DNA of 64,000 nucleotides from Geosiphon pyriformis uo1 (lineage: Eukaryota > Fungi > Glomeromycota), in NCBI GenBank assembly GCA_016748015.1, contig JAAOMT010000376.1, forward strand, positions 62,001 to 126,000. The letters run 5' to 3'. Of this stretch, positions 49,925 through 64,000 are shown in pieces. The stretch's first letter is position 1, and each line of letters starts with the position of its first letter. Below the pieces are notes generated by a model. It was not told the DNA's origin. It did not search any database and worked only from the letters and a program-made list of their open reading frames with translations. The position numbers were made by a program, and so were the translations under genes.

Positions 49925-52900
49925 AATTATTATTATTATTTACAAATGTAGTCTAACTACTATTTAATATACAAAAACAAAAAATTAAGTTTAACTAAAT
50001 ATGACTTACATATTTAATACATATAACTGGTTATTTAGACCAATCAAAGCAATATTATACACTTATATAAATTTTTACTCTATTATCAATGTCTAAAAAA
50101 AAACACATCTTATATAAACCAAAACTTATAACAAAAAATTTATAAATATCTAGTAATCAAACAATTCTTACTGACAAAAAACTTAATACATTACTTAAAA
50201 TTACAGAAACTGAATTAATATTACCAATTAGGCCACTTTTTTTTCTATCCATCTTAAATCTTGCTTTAAACAATCACAATTTACTTCAATGCTTTTTAGT
50301 TAAACTATGAACAAAATTAACTATTACTAACACTACTTTTATTATTATTAAATATTGATACTACTTTATTAATCCAATTTTTAAAAACAAAATTTTTGCA
50401 TAAAACTATATAAATATTCAAATCTAAAATTCCAGAAAAAAGTATATATAATATTATAAAAGATAATAAAAAACTACCACTCACAAAATATTTTTACAGA
50501 TCCATATAACTTAGCAAAATTTTAAAATATATATTAATCTTCTTTAGACAAGTAAAAACATGATTAGACAACTTAATATTATCATATAATAAACATAATA
50601 CACTTAAGTAATCTTAGTCATAAAGTTTTTCTTTATATTAGTTAGTAGTTTCTTATAGACTACTTTTATTAAGCATATGGAAAGAAGCTAAAGTTTTGCT
50701 TATAAATCCTGACAACATATAAAAATTCAAATACTATACTGTAATAATACTATTTCAGTTTATTTTTTTAATTATTAACTTATTTACAATTTTAATATTA
50801 GATCTAGTTTTCTATTAAGTATAATAAATAGACTGACAAATATTTTAAACAAAGTAATAAGTGTCTCCTAATATGACTCTGTCATCAATTATAACAAACT
50901 TTTCATGAACTTTTTCTGGAAAAAAATAGCCAGGATATGCTGCTTTACTAACAAGAATGTTAATTTTATTGTTATCAGTATTTTCTGAATAACTTTTGAT
51001 TTTTATTTATTTAATAAAAATGTTCTAAATCTTATTAAATTAACTATATAATATTATTCTATTCAGTACTTATTTTAAAAGTCTGGCTAATAAAGCATAA
51101 GTTCCAAAGAATATATATATTCAAAACTGTTTAACTATTTATATGTACAACTATTAAGTAGAATGAAAAAATACATTCTAATATTAAAGTAATTTTCTAA
51201 AATTCAGTTATTATAGAAAACAGCAATTTGTATATCTTAACATTCATGTTTATTTCAATATTAGAAAAATAAACTGTTATTCTATTAGCAACTTTTTTCA
51301 TGTTCAGTTGCTTTAAAGAACTATTTGTATAAATATTAAAAATGTCTATCCATAATTTATGCAAACACTTCTGAATATTTGTAAAATTATTTAAATAAAA
51401 AAATTTTGAACAATTAAAGCTAGATGCTATTCTACCAGATTTAATAAGATGTTTATTTATATAAATTGAAGCTTTTTTAAATTACAATAATATTAGATCT
51501 CTAGAACTTAGTCTTTTCTAATAACAAAAATTTTTTCAATTTATAATTAATCTTTCCTTATTTAACAATTTGTTATTAAAAATGACACCAAAATGCTTTA
51601 AGAAATAAACTATGTCAAAATAAAATAAGTTTTCTAATATCTTAAATATTAAAAAATAATTAGAATCATAAAATATACTGAGTAGACTATTGGCCAAGAA
51701 TAACTTATTATTTAAAAAAATCTTTATTACATCTGCTAAAAAGTTATTTATTAGACTAATTTTTAATTTGATTAGATGCTGCAGAAGATTTATTAGAGTC
51801 CACCCCAAAATTTACAAGTTCAAAAAGCAATATTTAAACAATTAACCAAGAATTTCAAGTGTATTAAAAAACACAATCAAAGAAGCAATCTTGTTTTTCA
51901 CTTGTAACTGTTCAAACATTTTTAATTTATAAAAAGATAGATAATATAAAGTTTTATTAGAGAAATTTTTTGGCAAATTGGCTTTAGATTTTTGTTTTAT
52001 TCTTAATAAAACATTTCATTTCTGACACACAATTTTAGAAATAAAACTGAACTGTGTTTGGTAGCCAACAATGAATTGTAAAACAGCTAAAACCAAATAT
52101 GAAAATTGCTTATTTAACAATGCTTTTCTGAGAACCAAATTAAAAAAAAACCTAATATTTAATTGTGTTTTGGCAAGGCTGGATTTGGACATGTTTTTTG
52201 TTAACAAATAAATTCCCAAATACTTATAATGTTTACTATACTTAACAATAAAGATTGGTTAATCACAAATGTATAAAAACACAATTTTAATTTTCTAATT
52301 AATAGAAATTATCACAGTTTTGTCATTGTTGATAGAAATATCATTTATTTTAAAAAACTCACTAGTGATATCTAAAATATGCTGTGTTAAAGCTTAATTA
52401 TTCTTTATTTAGATTGTATTATTAACAAATATATTAGCTACAAAGAATAAAGATTTATTCTTATTAGCTTTTAATTTGTCTGTTTTTGCCACAAAGTTTA
52501 TATTGATTCTGTATTTATATAAATGTTTTTGTCTTTTAATCTTACACAATAAAAGATTGTAAAAATTTTTTTACAAGAATAGTAAAACCATTTTATTCTA
52601 ATTCAACTTATTTAGTACTTTATAACTATTTAAAAGACCAAAATCAGTTATCACTCTATTGATTTTGTTTATATATATGTTTCTAAAAAACTTTATAAAC
52701 TTTTTACATATCTTAATTTGTCTTAAACTAGCTTCCAAATAATGCTATTTAACTAAGTTATAAGTTTTACATATATCTTAAAGAACCAGCTAAACTTTTC
52801 AACACTTTTTCAAAGTGTTTTTTACTATTAAACTAATGGCAAACACAAAAAATTAAGTTGAAATACTCTTTAAAACAGAAAAATTGTTATCTCAAAAAAT

Positions 52901-55900
52901 GTTATATTTTATACAAGCAAATAAAATATGCTTTGACAAAATTCTGAATAAATTTTTTTTAGCTATTTTAATTAATGTAATAGATTATATATTTATTAAG
53001 ATGTCTTTTTAATTGTATGGTTTGGAAATCATTAAAACTCAAGCTCTTTTCCAAAGAATTAGAATTTTCTTAAAAGCCAAATAAAAGTTAAGCAGACCCA
53101 ATAAGTATTTTAATATTTTATCACTATAATATTTCTATAGTTTATTTAATATGCCAAACAAACTTATAGCCTTATTATTAAACAAACTATTAATTACCAG
53201 AATTAATTTACTTATACTGATCTTATTTATCACATTAGAAAAAACATTTTCTTTAATATAATTCAGCAGTACATATTAATAAAATTATATATCTAATAGT
53301 ATTAATAACATCTTTTATTTTTTTGTTTAATCTATTATAATCTTATTTACCTTAAACTTTACTTCTTTTGGCTTTAAAACCAACTTTTTTTTAATTACCA
53401 AATAATTTAAAACTATTTTGTAAAAAGATCATTCCAAAACACTTTTTATCATATTATCTTTGTTAAAACTAAAATTATCTATTTATTTTTCAATTGCATT
53501 TTTAATAGCTATATCTTCAACTATTTTAAATTTATAATATTTTAACTTTCTGTATTTTTTTCTAATTAGTAATAACTACTTTAATACATCCTTTATATTT
53601 GCACTATCTTGAACTATAATGCCAATTTTAAAAGTCTCTTTATTATTATATATTAGCTATTTTTAAAAAAAATAATTATATTCAAACTTATTTTCTATAC
53701 TTAATTCTCTTATAATCTTTGTAATTAGCAATTTCAGTTCATGAATTTCAATAATTGTTTGTTTTTTGTGTGATTGAATTTATTGTACCAATGTTTAGAA
53801 AAAGTTATATCTGCTAAACTTATTATTATCTCTTTTAATTCTTCTTACATAGTATCTAAATTGCCAAAATTTTTTGTATCTATGAATTTATTTATTATTC
53901 TTAACAGTCCAGTAAAAATATAATCTTTAAAATAGATTTATTTAGCTTTATTTATATTTTTAATCCTAAATTTTTATTAGTTTTTATTAGTTTGCTTTTA
54001 AATTGCAATCATGTATTTATCTATTAGATTTCTAAAATCAAAAAAAGATTATTACAGCCTTGTAGTCAGTATTAAAAAATTTGAACACACTGTTAATACT
54101 TTGACTTATTATAATTAATAAGAAATATTTATTAAAAAAGATAAAATTAATAGTTTTATTTACACCCCTTAAATTGTTCTATGTTGAAAGCTTAACAGTC
54201 AATCCATTTGTAAAAAAGTTACACAAATTCAAATCGAAACATTTCTTAAAACTTATTTTTTGTTTTTTTCTGTCTTTATTAAGATCATTACCAAGTATTA
54301 CATAAGAGCTTGAATTAATTGTTTTAACAATACATAAGTTCATCTTGTAAGCTTAATTAAATCATATATTAGTTGAAACACTAATATACAAATTCAAAAT
54401 TGTTATTAAAATTTTATTGTTAAATAATAAACAGATTAAGATAAGATAACTAAGAATCTAGAAACTTTGTACACATGTTAAGCTAAAATATTGTTTGTTA
54501 CTATTGTCATTTTAATATCTACATAACTAGTGTTTAAACCAGAAATTAAAACTTTTACATTTTGAAATCTATATTTTATTTAAGATTTAATCTGTCTTTT
54601 TAGTTTAGTCTTAGTAATAATAGAAACTCAATTGCCAGATTCAATATATTACCTAATTATATCCTTTTGTTTAATCATATTGTTTATTACACATAACTAT
54701 TTTCCAGACAAAATTATTTATTGGAGTGAAAAATTCATAAAAAAAACTGAATTAGTACACAATTAATCCAATTTTATCAAAACCAAACTAACTAAACTTT
54801 TAAGAACTATTATTTTTAATTTTAAGCCACTCATTTTAGTTGTTAAAATCTTTGAGTTATTCAAACTAAGAACTAAATTTTTATCTATTGTTACAGAATA
54901 AAAAAAGAGAAATAGCAGTAGAAAATTATCCAAAACTATATTGCAATTTGATTGATACAATTTGGCCATACTTAAATACTGTAACAATAATTATTTTTTT
55001 TGATGTGTTTATAAAAATTTTTTTGATTATTACAATCTGATCTGACTTAATTTTTTGTCTTTTGATATTATTGTTTACAATGATTCTTTTTTTTTGATTA
55101 ATAACAGTCTTTTTTATGCTTTCTTTTAATATAAACATAGATTAAATGATTTTTTTAAATTTTGAGAAGATAATAGCCCTTCTAAAACCATTTACTAATG
55201 AAAAAATTTTTCTAATTACTTAAGTTTTTGCAGTTACTGATTTACTTTTTACTATTAAGAAATTAATATTCAATACAAAAAATTTTTTAATGACCACTTT
55301 AATCTAAGTTTTTACTATCTTTAAATTAATTCACTTTTTGTCAAAAAAAACATTAAGAGAAGAAAAAAGAGGTTCTATGTTTTTATCTATTTTATAATTA
55401 ATTACACTAATAGAAAAATCATAATTCAAGCCAGTATTAATTCTTTTAATATTAGAAGTTATTATAGCTAAGTCAAAAAAATAACTATTATACATATCTA
55501 TTAATATATTAATAGCTTTACTATTACTGAATTCACTATTCATATTTGAGTATATATTATTATTAAAACTAGTATTACTAAAGGTTTTTGGTCTTTTTTA
55601 TTAATTGTTATTAATATTAATTTGCTGTTTACTTTACATTTATTGGAAGCTATTGAATCTTTAATAACTAAATTTGTCTTTAAATTATTTCTTATAATAT
55701 GAACTGCTGGAATTATAAGTAAAATGGCCAATTTTATGCCAATTACTTTATATAGTTATATTATAGTAAATATTAACTTTTTTTCAGAAATTGCTTGTTT
55801 AGAAGCTTATTAAAAAATGTGTAGTTATTTTATAATGAAAGTCAACTCTTTTACAGAAATTTTGTCTATAGGCTACTCTAATAATTATAATAAAAAAAAT

Positions 55901-56790
55901 ATAAAAAAATATAAAAAATATAAAAAAAACAAAATTTTATTAAAAGAATTATTTTTAGTTAATTTTAAAATGTTAGTTGAATTTTGAGAATATTAAGTAT
56001 AATTATCTTAAAAATTGAGTTTTAAAATATAATTTTTATTTTTATTATTTATAATTAAAGATAGTATTTAAGTAATAATTCTGGGTAAAATACATTTTCT
56101 CAAAGAAAGAAGCTTTTTTTTTATACAATTTGTTATAGTACTAGTCTATAAACTTAAAATTTTTCTTTTTGCTATTATTTTAATAAACTAAAAATACATT
56201 TTAATAACTTATAAGTTATTTTATTGAACTATTAACTATTTTAATAAATTATTTATTATTTTGGCAAATTTTTATAAATTTTAGCAAATTCTTAAATATT
56301 ACATAGTTTGAAGTTTTGTTTTATTTAATCATCTTAATTTTTATTATACAAATTGGGTTTTTAATTAAATAGTGATATTTAATAATTTAATTAAGTAATA
56401 AATAATAATTAAAACAATATTAATATATGCTAATTAATAATAGAAATGATAAATATAATTTTATATTAATTTAATAACTAAAATTTTACTGGTAATACCA
56501 AATTTAACCAAAAAAATTTCTTTTTTATTATCCAAATGCTTAATATTATCTACAAAAACTTTTTTTTTAAAAAGAAAGTACTTTCAATTAGACCATAAAA
56601 GACTCTTTTGAATGTCTTTTTCTTAAACATGTTGTTATTTGAAACAACTTCTAAGTTTATTACAAAAAAATTATTAACTTGAAAAATATTAAAAGTAATA
56701 TTACTAAAAAACTAAAGACAAAAAACTTCTTTTTCAAGAAATTGCTCTTTGAAAAATTTTAAACATAAAAGAAAAAAAAATTTTATTTTT
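49925..56790 (-). mobile_element. Near full-length, heavily decayed LINE with a solo LTR in ORF1
   Basis: Fragments GIYLLTKNMSKSSLAK, KQFSYLVLAVLQ, INNFLADVIKIF and SSKILTTK-like ORF1 motifs; 3' UTR motif at about 50000-50060; (TAA)n tail at about 49925-49941. Confidence 0.85.
55573..56497 (-). mobile_element. Decayed solo LTR, same family as 30807 and 33479
   Basis: Termini TATTAC...GGTAATA (eroded TGTTAC...GGTAACA) with matching internal sequence. Flanks CTAG and CCAA are consistent with a 4-bp TSD after transitions. Confidence 0.85.
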
Positions 56791-56879
56791 ATAAATTATA
56801 AAATAAAAAATATTTTTTTGTTTTGTATATAAAATTTAAAAATGTAATTAATACTATTTAAAATAAAATATATATATTT

Positions 56880-59800
56880 TTTTTATTAGAGATTTAATAA
56901 GTATGGCCTAACCAGTAATTAGAAATTAGAACCAAACTAAGTGATTCAAGACTAATTTGGTTCATACACTTTCTACATGTAACCAGTTACTTAAGCCAGT
57001 TTAAGTTATACTATGCTGCTAACCCACAAGAAAATTTGTTCAAGATAGACATTTTTTGAATTACATCAAACAAAGTAAGATTACTAAAAACCAATCTAAC
57101 AAGCCACTTAACTGTTTTTATAAGATCGAACTTAACATCAAGAGATTTAAATTTCCAGAATGCTATCAATTTACCAAACATCTTATTACTTACTCCAATT
57201 AGAACACCAGAATTACCAAACAAATCAATATTCTTTATGTTATACTCAGTTTTTAATGCCACCACCTCTTTTTCTAACTTATTAACAGATTTGCTAAAAG
57301 CACTCAAATGCACCATAAGTTCATTAACTTTGTTTCCAAGTTTGCTGCTAGATACAAGATCACCCTTAATAAACTGTTCAAAAGTGGTTATCAAACTATC
57401 AACAGACTTAACAATAGAGTTAACCAACATTGACAACTTGGCCAAACCAAATTCCAGAGAAGCTAATTGAGAAAACATTAAAGAATCAGCAACAGCCACA
57501 GAAAAAGCAGAAGCCACCAAAAGAGCAAATGCTTTTGTATAAGACAAAAAACTGACAAAATGTGGTTTAAACATCTTGGCAGCTTTAGAAGAAAGAGATA
57601 GAACAATCTTACACTTCACAGCCAAGTGATCTATTTTGTAACACCAAAAACAACACTGATAACTAGGAGTTTTTTACCAGATATGGCACTTTTTCAGTAT
57701 ACTAGTTTTGACAACAACAAGGTCCAAATCAGCTTGGGAGCCAAATGTAACCAGAGCAAAACAGAGATGACAACCAGAATCAGAAGACTAAAGAATAAAA
57801 CAAGTCTAATTACCAATCTAAGAAATCATATTACTGATTTCAAAGACAGTACAACCAAGAGAAATATTAACCAACTTGGCCTTAAATCTATTATGAGACA
57901 CAATTGTTTTTTGTTGATTTATGAAAAGAAAGATCTGAATACTATCTTTGCTCACTAAAACCAACCAGTAATTGAAAGCAGATGTGACAGCATCCAAATT
58001 CTTAAAGTAAATAACAATATATTGTCAAATACCAACAGATCTCAACTGAATGTAAGAAATTTCACCAAAAGCACCAAGAGTTGTTTTAATGTTAGCAGCA
58101 GATATACCTAAAGACATATTGAGCAATACAATAACAGCAGAAGGGAAACCAAACTCAGAAATCACCAAAAACTTGGCAATTTTAAAAGTGGCAAGGTAAA
58201 CAAAGCTTGTAAGCTTAACCAAAAATACAGTATTGAAAGAATTTTAGGAAGCAAACTCCATACAAAAAAGCTTCATATTATCTTTTAAAACAGACTTTGC
58301 ACCCAAAAAATTATGTACAAACTAAAAAACAGTCTTAACATAAGCCAATTTGATCTTGAAAGTAACACTAAACACCAGAGTAGAAGCCATCTACTTAGTA
58401 AATTTTTGATGATATTACTTATAGAATGTAAGAAGTATATTAACATATAAATTAGCCAATTAGAAGTAGTCATAATAAATGTAAAATTTCAGAATTCTTT
58501 TCAAAAAAATTGCAGGATTCCAAAAATTTCAGAATTCTCATATGAGAAATTGCAGAATTGTAGAATTCCAGGATTTTTTTTAAAAGAATTGCAGAATTCC
58601 AGAAATTCTAGGATTTCTGGTGTAAAGAATTGAGAAATTAAGGAATCTCAATTATGTATATATAGTGGTAATATTAAAAGTAGAAAGAAAAGATCTTTCT
58701 ATTTGGATTTTATCTAAGCAATGTTCTAATTCCTAAATACTAATAAATAATTATTTGTTATTTCAATTTACTCTTCACTATCAACACTTTATAGTAATAG
58801 TAACTGATACTTAACCACACTGGAACAATAGCTCTTGATTATAGCTATTGATAGAATACTAATATTTATTGCCTTAACTTACTTTTTTTTTTTATTTTTG
58901 TTATTTCTTGTTGTTGACTAATTGATTAAGGAATAAGTACTGAGTTATTGATGTCAATAATTGCCTGGTAAAAAACCTCCATGAGTGGATAAAACACATA
59001 AAAAATACAGATTACTTATCAGAGAATTGCTGGCCATTAAGCTAAAAAAAGAATTGATGGAATTGTATTTCCAAGAGGCTACTGAAAACAACCATTGAAT
59101 TTCTGTTCATTATACAAAAGACTTAACCAAAACCTTTAAACAATCAAAATCTTTAGATATTAAAATCACTATATTATCAATTAAATACCAAGTTACGAAT
59201 TTGTTATTTGATTTGAAACTCCAAATAATTATCTGTAACAATAATTAGTAATAGTTTCTTAAGCACTACCAAAAGTAGCACCAAAAACCAGAAGAGAGGA
59301 TAATTCAATATCTATTTGGTCAATCCAGTTTTTAAGAACAAATAACACCACAGGAAATGATTGTTTTGCTTCTAAAACTAGTGATGATCTGTCAGAAAAC
59401 ACCACATTTGGCAATACAGCCAGTGGTTAATCTTGGTTTATCTTGGATGACATATTGAATAATACAATAAAGATCTTATTTAGAACCACAAAGGAGTTCA
59501 GTATAACAATAGCAGAGACAAGCAACTGTCTCCACTTTTCTGAACTTTTGGTTTTTTTGATCATTTTCTTTGAAGAGAAAGTGTTAAAAGCACCAGACAT
59601 TAAAACTATGGAGGGGAATACCAGTTTGTTAACTGGTCTATTATTAAACACTTTTGAACTCTTAGTAAAAGTGGAGGCAATACTGGGACTAACCCAAGTG
59701 TGTCTCTTTGAAGGAACTTTGACTAGTGAAAAACCAGCCAACAATGGGGAAGTTGTTTTAATAGCTATCAAAGACAGCTTTTCATAATTACTAAGTAAAG

Positions 59801-59950
59801 AGAATGCTTCTAAAATGTTTTGTCTGATTGCTTTTACAACAGAAAGAGCTCTTTTGATTGAAATTTTATTAGATATCTTAGGAAAGATATTAAGTGCAGC
59901 TTTTTTACTCTTTGCTTTAATTATGATTATAAAATTAAAGAGATAAAGAA
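56880..59950 (-). mobile_element. ORF1-only non-autonomous non-LTR element (HAL1-like), interrupted by a solo LTR
   Basis: One degraded ORF (about 59920-57011) with ORF1 architecture: RRM-like segments, CFWCYKIDHLAVKC knuckle and coiled-coil C-terminus. No APE or RT. The stop codon is followed immediately by the LINE-type 3' UTR and tail. Confidence 0.75.
58413..59240 (+). mobile_element. Solo LTR of a second family (828 bp)
   Basis: Termini TATTAC...GTAACA and flanks ATGA/ATAA (4-bp TSD). Removal restores the host frame ETITN-HQKF. GAATTC-rich repeats at 58480-58650, then a TATA-like box at about 58657 (the basis for the strand call). Confidence 0.8.
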
Positions 59951-60461
59951 TTTTATTATATAAAATATTTATTTTTAATAGACTATAAGTTTTTTATAAA
60001 TATAAATATTAATTAAGATTAAATATAGTTTTAATACTAATTATATAAATAAATATAATAAAATTTTTTTAAATAATAAAGTTTATATTAGATTAATTAT
60101 TTTTTAAAATTATTAATAATATTAAGTTTAATATAGATAAAATTATTAAATAATTAAGTAATATTATTATAAATAATAATACTTTGACTATAGTTTTACA
60201 TAAAATGTTTTTTCAGAATAAGGTTTGTTTTATAGTTTTAATATAATCTAATTTAAATTGAACTTGTGTTTAATTATATATAAAAAATATGTAAATTATA
60301 TCTAATTTAAATTATTTAGTTTAATATATTATATTAAATAGTTAAATTACACATTAAAAAAAATTATTATTAAATTAATAAAACAATTATAAGATATTAT
60401 ATAAGTTTAATAATTAATAAAAAAATGAATTTTAATTTTAATAAAATTTATTCTTAAAAAA

Positions 60462-63400
60462 AGGGGATGTTAACACTGTTCTGTCAGGTGGTGTATTTTA
60501 CAGCAGAAACCATTTTTGTAAAGACATAGTCCAAAGATAATGAGTTGGTCAAATCTGCTGCATTTTCTAGATTTTACAAGTTGGAGCTATTAGTGGCAAA
60601 GATTTTGAAAACATATAAGTCAGAAAATTTAGAAAGATTTCAGGTTTTGGTTAATAAACAGGTTGATTTGAACTTTAACCAAGCTGTAGAATTCAAGAGA
60701 TCTTTGGACAATAATTATAACAAAATAATAATTGAATATTTGCTGGCTTATTTTAGGAAATTATATAGGTTTTACAAGTTTTTGGATTTTAAGACCACTG
60801 AGAATTTTCAAATCAAGGCAGTCATTGCTAAATGTATGGAAGCTTTTGCAAACAATAAGGATCAAATAATCAGGAGTGTATTGGAGAAGTCTTTTAGAAA
60901 AGTTACATTGAATCATCTAATTAATAATGAAGATTTGGTTTTGAAGCCAGAATTGGTTAAAAACAAAGTAAATTTAATTATGAAGAATTGGACCAGGAAG
61001 TATGCAGTTAAATTTCTGTTCTTTTCTATTGGCAAAGACAATTTGCACCTCTCAATTACATTAATAATAGTACATTTTCTGGCATAATAAAGCAAATTAA
61101 TTTTGATGAGTTTTTTTTGGTGATTAAGAATTTTTCTGATGGCAAGACTGCTGGTTTGTCTGGTATTTCTAATGAAATGTGGAAACATTGTAATAAGTTT
61201 GTGTTAGTCTTTCTTTTATGTCTGCTCAACTTGTATTTAGCATATGAATTTGTTCCTGATGTCTGGAAAGAAGTCTGGGTATCTATGATTCTGAAACCTT
61301 ATGAGTAAAAAAAAGTTTTGACAAATACCAGATCTATTGCTCTTATTGAAACTGCTAGAAAAAATTTTTCAAAGATTTTATCTGATCATATTTCAAAGGC
61401 TTACAGCACACATGACATTTTACATAGTGACAATTTTTCAGTTTTAAGGGGCACTTCTACTCAGTCTCCTATCTTTGTTGTAAAATTTGTTGTAGAAGAT
61501 GCTTTGGAAAAGGGCAGAGAAATTTGGTTGGTTCTTTAAAATATGTGCAAAGCTTATAATTCAGTAGACTGGTTGTATTTGAAAAACAGTCTGAAGAAAA
61601 TCAAGATATGTGAGAAGTTTGTTAGGTTTTTTGGTTATATTTACAATGGCTACACAAATAGGATTATGATAAACTTTGATTTGTCTAAAGGTTACAAAAT
61701 TTATGATGGTCTGGACCAGAGTGAACTTTTTTTTTCTCTTCTGTAAAAGATTTTTTATGATTCTCTGTTGTGTAAGATCAAGAGGCATAAATTACTTTTT
61801 AGGTATTAAGTTGATTCCATATTTGTGACCAGAACAGGCAAAATTGAATCAAATGCTGGTCTAACTTCATATTTGGCTGCTGGTGTTTTTGTGGATAATA
61901 CCATTTGGGTTGGCAACTGTTGTACAATAACACAGAACATTTTAAATATTGCTAGTGAGTTCTTTAATTTAATAGATATATCAATTAACATGAATAAAAC
62001 AGTTGCCATTCCTATTAATCTGAGAACCAGTAACATCTCTTTAAATATTAGTGGATCTCTGATTTTGATCACAAAGACTAAGGAGGCTCATTGGTATTTG
62101 GGTATTTTTTTGTCAACTAAAGATCTTTCTGGTCTAAGTTTGAAGAAGACAAATTCAGATGTAAAATTTTTCTTATCCATAGTTTTGAACAAAGCTATTT
62201 CAGACAAGCAGTTCTTTTATTTGGTCTCGACTGTTTTATAGCTTATAGTGGAATACAAATCTTAGTTTAGCTTCATTAATAAAGGCAAATACAAGAAATG
62301 GGATTGTATAATTAGAAAGAGTTTGAAGTCTAAAGCCAGCTTGCCCAAGGATTTTCTTAATAAAGCTGTGTACCATTTATCTTTGTACAATTTGAAACCT
62401 TTTAAGCAAGTTCAAGCAGAAAGAAAAATGGCATCAGTATTACAGTTTGCTAATAGTAAAAGAATAATAAGTTGGCTTTTTGAACATAGGTCAATGAATT
62501 TGCAAGTTTTGGGCTGGATACCTTAAAATCCTCTTCAGTTTTCTGTTAAGTTAATGATCAATCCAATGGACAATTTTTTAGCTGGTATTACTAAGATTTT
62601 TTTGTGTAATGGAATCTCTTTGGCCAATGGCTTGCTCAATGCTTTTTATTTCAAGCATGGCTTTCCTGTTTTGAATATTTTGGGTCAGATGTTATACCTT
62701 TGGACTTACAGATTACTGAAGCATTTTGGGATTATTTTTGTGGATTAATTTAAACAGCCATAGAGAATGTTTTAATTAGAAAGATTTTTACCATTAGAAA
62801 TGATTAGATCCCAAGAGCCTAGTTCCCTTTTGGTTTACATTAGTTTCAGATTTTGTTAAGAGTGGTGGTCTAGTCAAAGATCTTTTTTCCACTATTTGAC
62901 ACTTTTCTATTCAGAATGTTTTTAATATGGACAGTATAGGTGTTATCCACTCTAGTTTAACAAATGCTTTTTTGTCTAAATTTCAATTTACACTGATGGT
63001 TCTGTTAAAAACTTTGGTACATCAAATGCTGTCAAAGGGACTGTTATCTATTTTTCTAATCTGGGTTTGCATATAGAAATGGAGGTCTATGGTTTGTTAT
63101 TATCTACTTTGGCTAAAATACAGGTTGTTACATTGGCTCTCAAATGCATTCCAGCTTTCTCTAAAGTCACAGTTTTTTCTAACAGTCAGGCTTTCTTAGA
63201 TGCTTGCCAAACTGAGTTGAAATTGGTGACTTCTGATTTTTACAACAAGTGCTAAATAGAGCATTATTACATTAGCAATTTAGTCAAATATAGAAACATT
63301 TCTGTCACTTGGACAAAAGTAAAGAGTCATTCTGAAATATTGGGCAATAAGCACACTAATAGATCAGCTAATTTGGCCACCTTATTGGGGCTTGTTCTTT

Positions 63401-64000
63401 TAGCAAATGTTAAGAAAAAATTCTTATTGGCAGATAGTAAGGCAATTTTTGGCAATGTATGTCAATTTGTTAGAACAATAAATAATACTATTAGGCATTT
63501 TCAATGAGAATTTGGGCCTGGTTTGAGTGCTATAGATTCTTTATGAGTTGGTGACATTAACTGGATTTGTACTGCCTTAGTCTAATACCCTAATTTCCAT
63601 ATGTCTGCTGAACATATAAGCAAAGCCACTTTTGGTTTATGCACATACTTGATAAAAGCTTTGCACAAAAGACTGCCTGTGGCTGTTAGAAAGTGCTTGT
63701 ATAATCACAGCTATCCTAGTGTTTTGTGTGTGCATTACATGGAGGTGAATTTTTTAGATCATAGTTTTGTTTGTGGCTTGGACTTTTCAACACATTAGGG
63801 CTTAGTAAGCAAACATTCTTCTCTCTGGAAGTCTCTTACTGGTGTAACCTTGTCATTGTCTGTGGTTCTTTAATCTTTGGCTTTATCTGCTTTTGACATT
63901 AGACTATATATGGTTTTATACAAGGGGTTTGTTTTTGAAAATTGGTTGGTGAAGGCTAAAGCCTCTTTTGAGGATACTAAACTTGTAATATGTAATCTAA
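60462..64000 (+). mobile_element. 5'-truncated LINE ORF2 (RT, RNase H, zinc knuckle), running to the window end
   Basis: KTAGLSGISNEMWKH, TRSIALIETARK, KAYNSVDW, GLDQSE, AGVFVDNTIWV, YTDGSVK at about 62988, KVKSHS, PSVLCVH...DHSFVC. Confidence 0.92.

Noticed and set aside
1-64000. rRNA/tRNA genes or organellar/bacterial origin
   Set aside because: No RNA gene recognised; spliceosomal introns and nuclear retroelements indicate nuclear eukaryotic DNA.

Overview
Very AT-rich, intron-containing eukaryotic DNA. The gene families and transposon families point to an early-diverging, Glomeromycotina-type fungus (Geosiphon-like); this is inference, not verified. Host genes, all spliced by hand from GT-AG introns: two inverted class-3 lipase paralogues (675-2153 +, 7803-9217 -) that both have Gly in place of the catalytic Ser; a membrane-anchored adhesin/DUF4097-like gene between them (4699-6623 +); and an aldo-keto reductase-fold gene (26085-27571 -) with His in place of the catalytic Tyr and degenerate NADPH motifs. 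The rest is mostly nested retroelements. There are several copies of an APE-RT-RNaseH LINE family at very different stages of decay. An ORF1-only, HAL1-like non-autonomous element (56880-59950 -) shares the LINE 3' UTR double hairpin starting exactly at its stop codon. A full-length 9.85 kb Ty3/Gypsy element (33479-43330 -) has 980-bp LTRs, an ACTC TSD, a dUTPase, an unknown Cys-rich domain, an apparently separate integrase ORF and an extra 3' ORF. Three solo LTRs are present, and all four LTR insertions lie inside LINE/HAL copies. Repeats show pervasive C>T/G>A transitions in CpG and non-CpG contexts, a RIP-like erosion that appears to generate the near-pure-AT deserts. Coordinates of heavily decayed elements are approximate.
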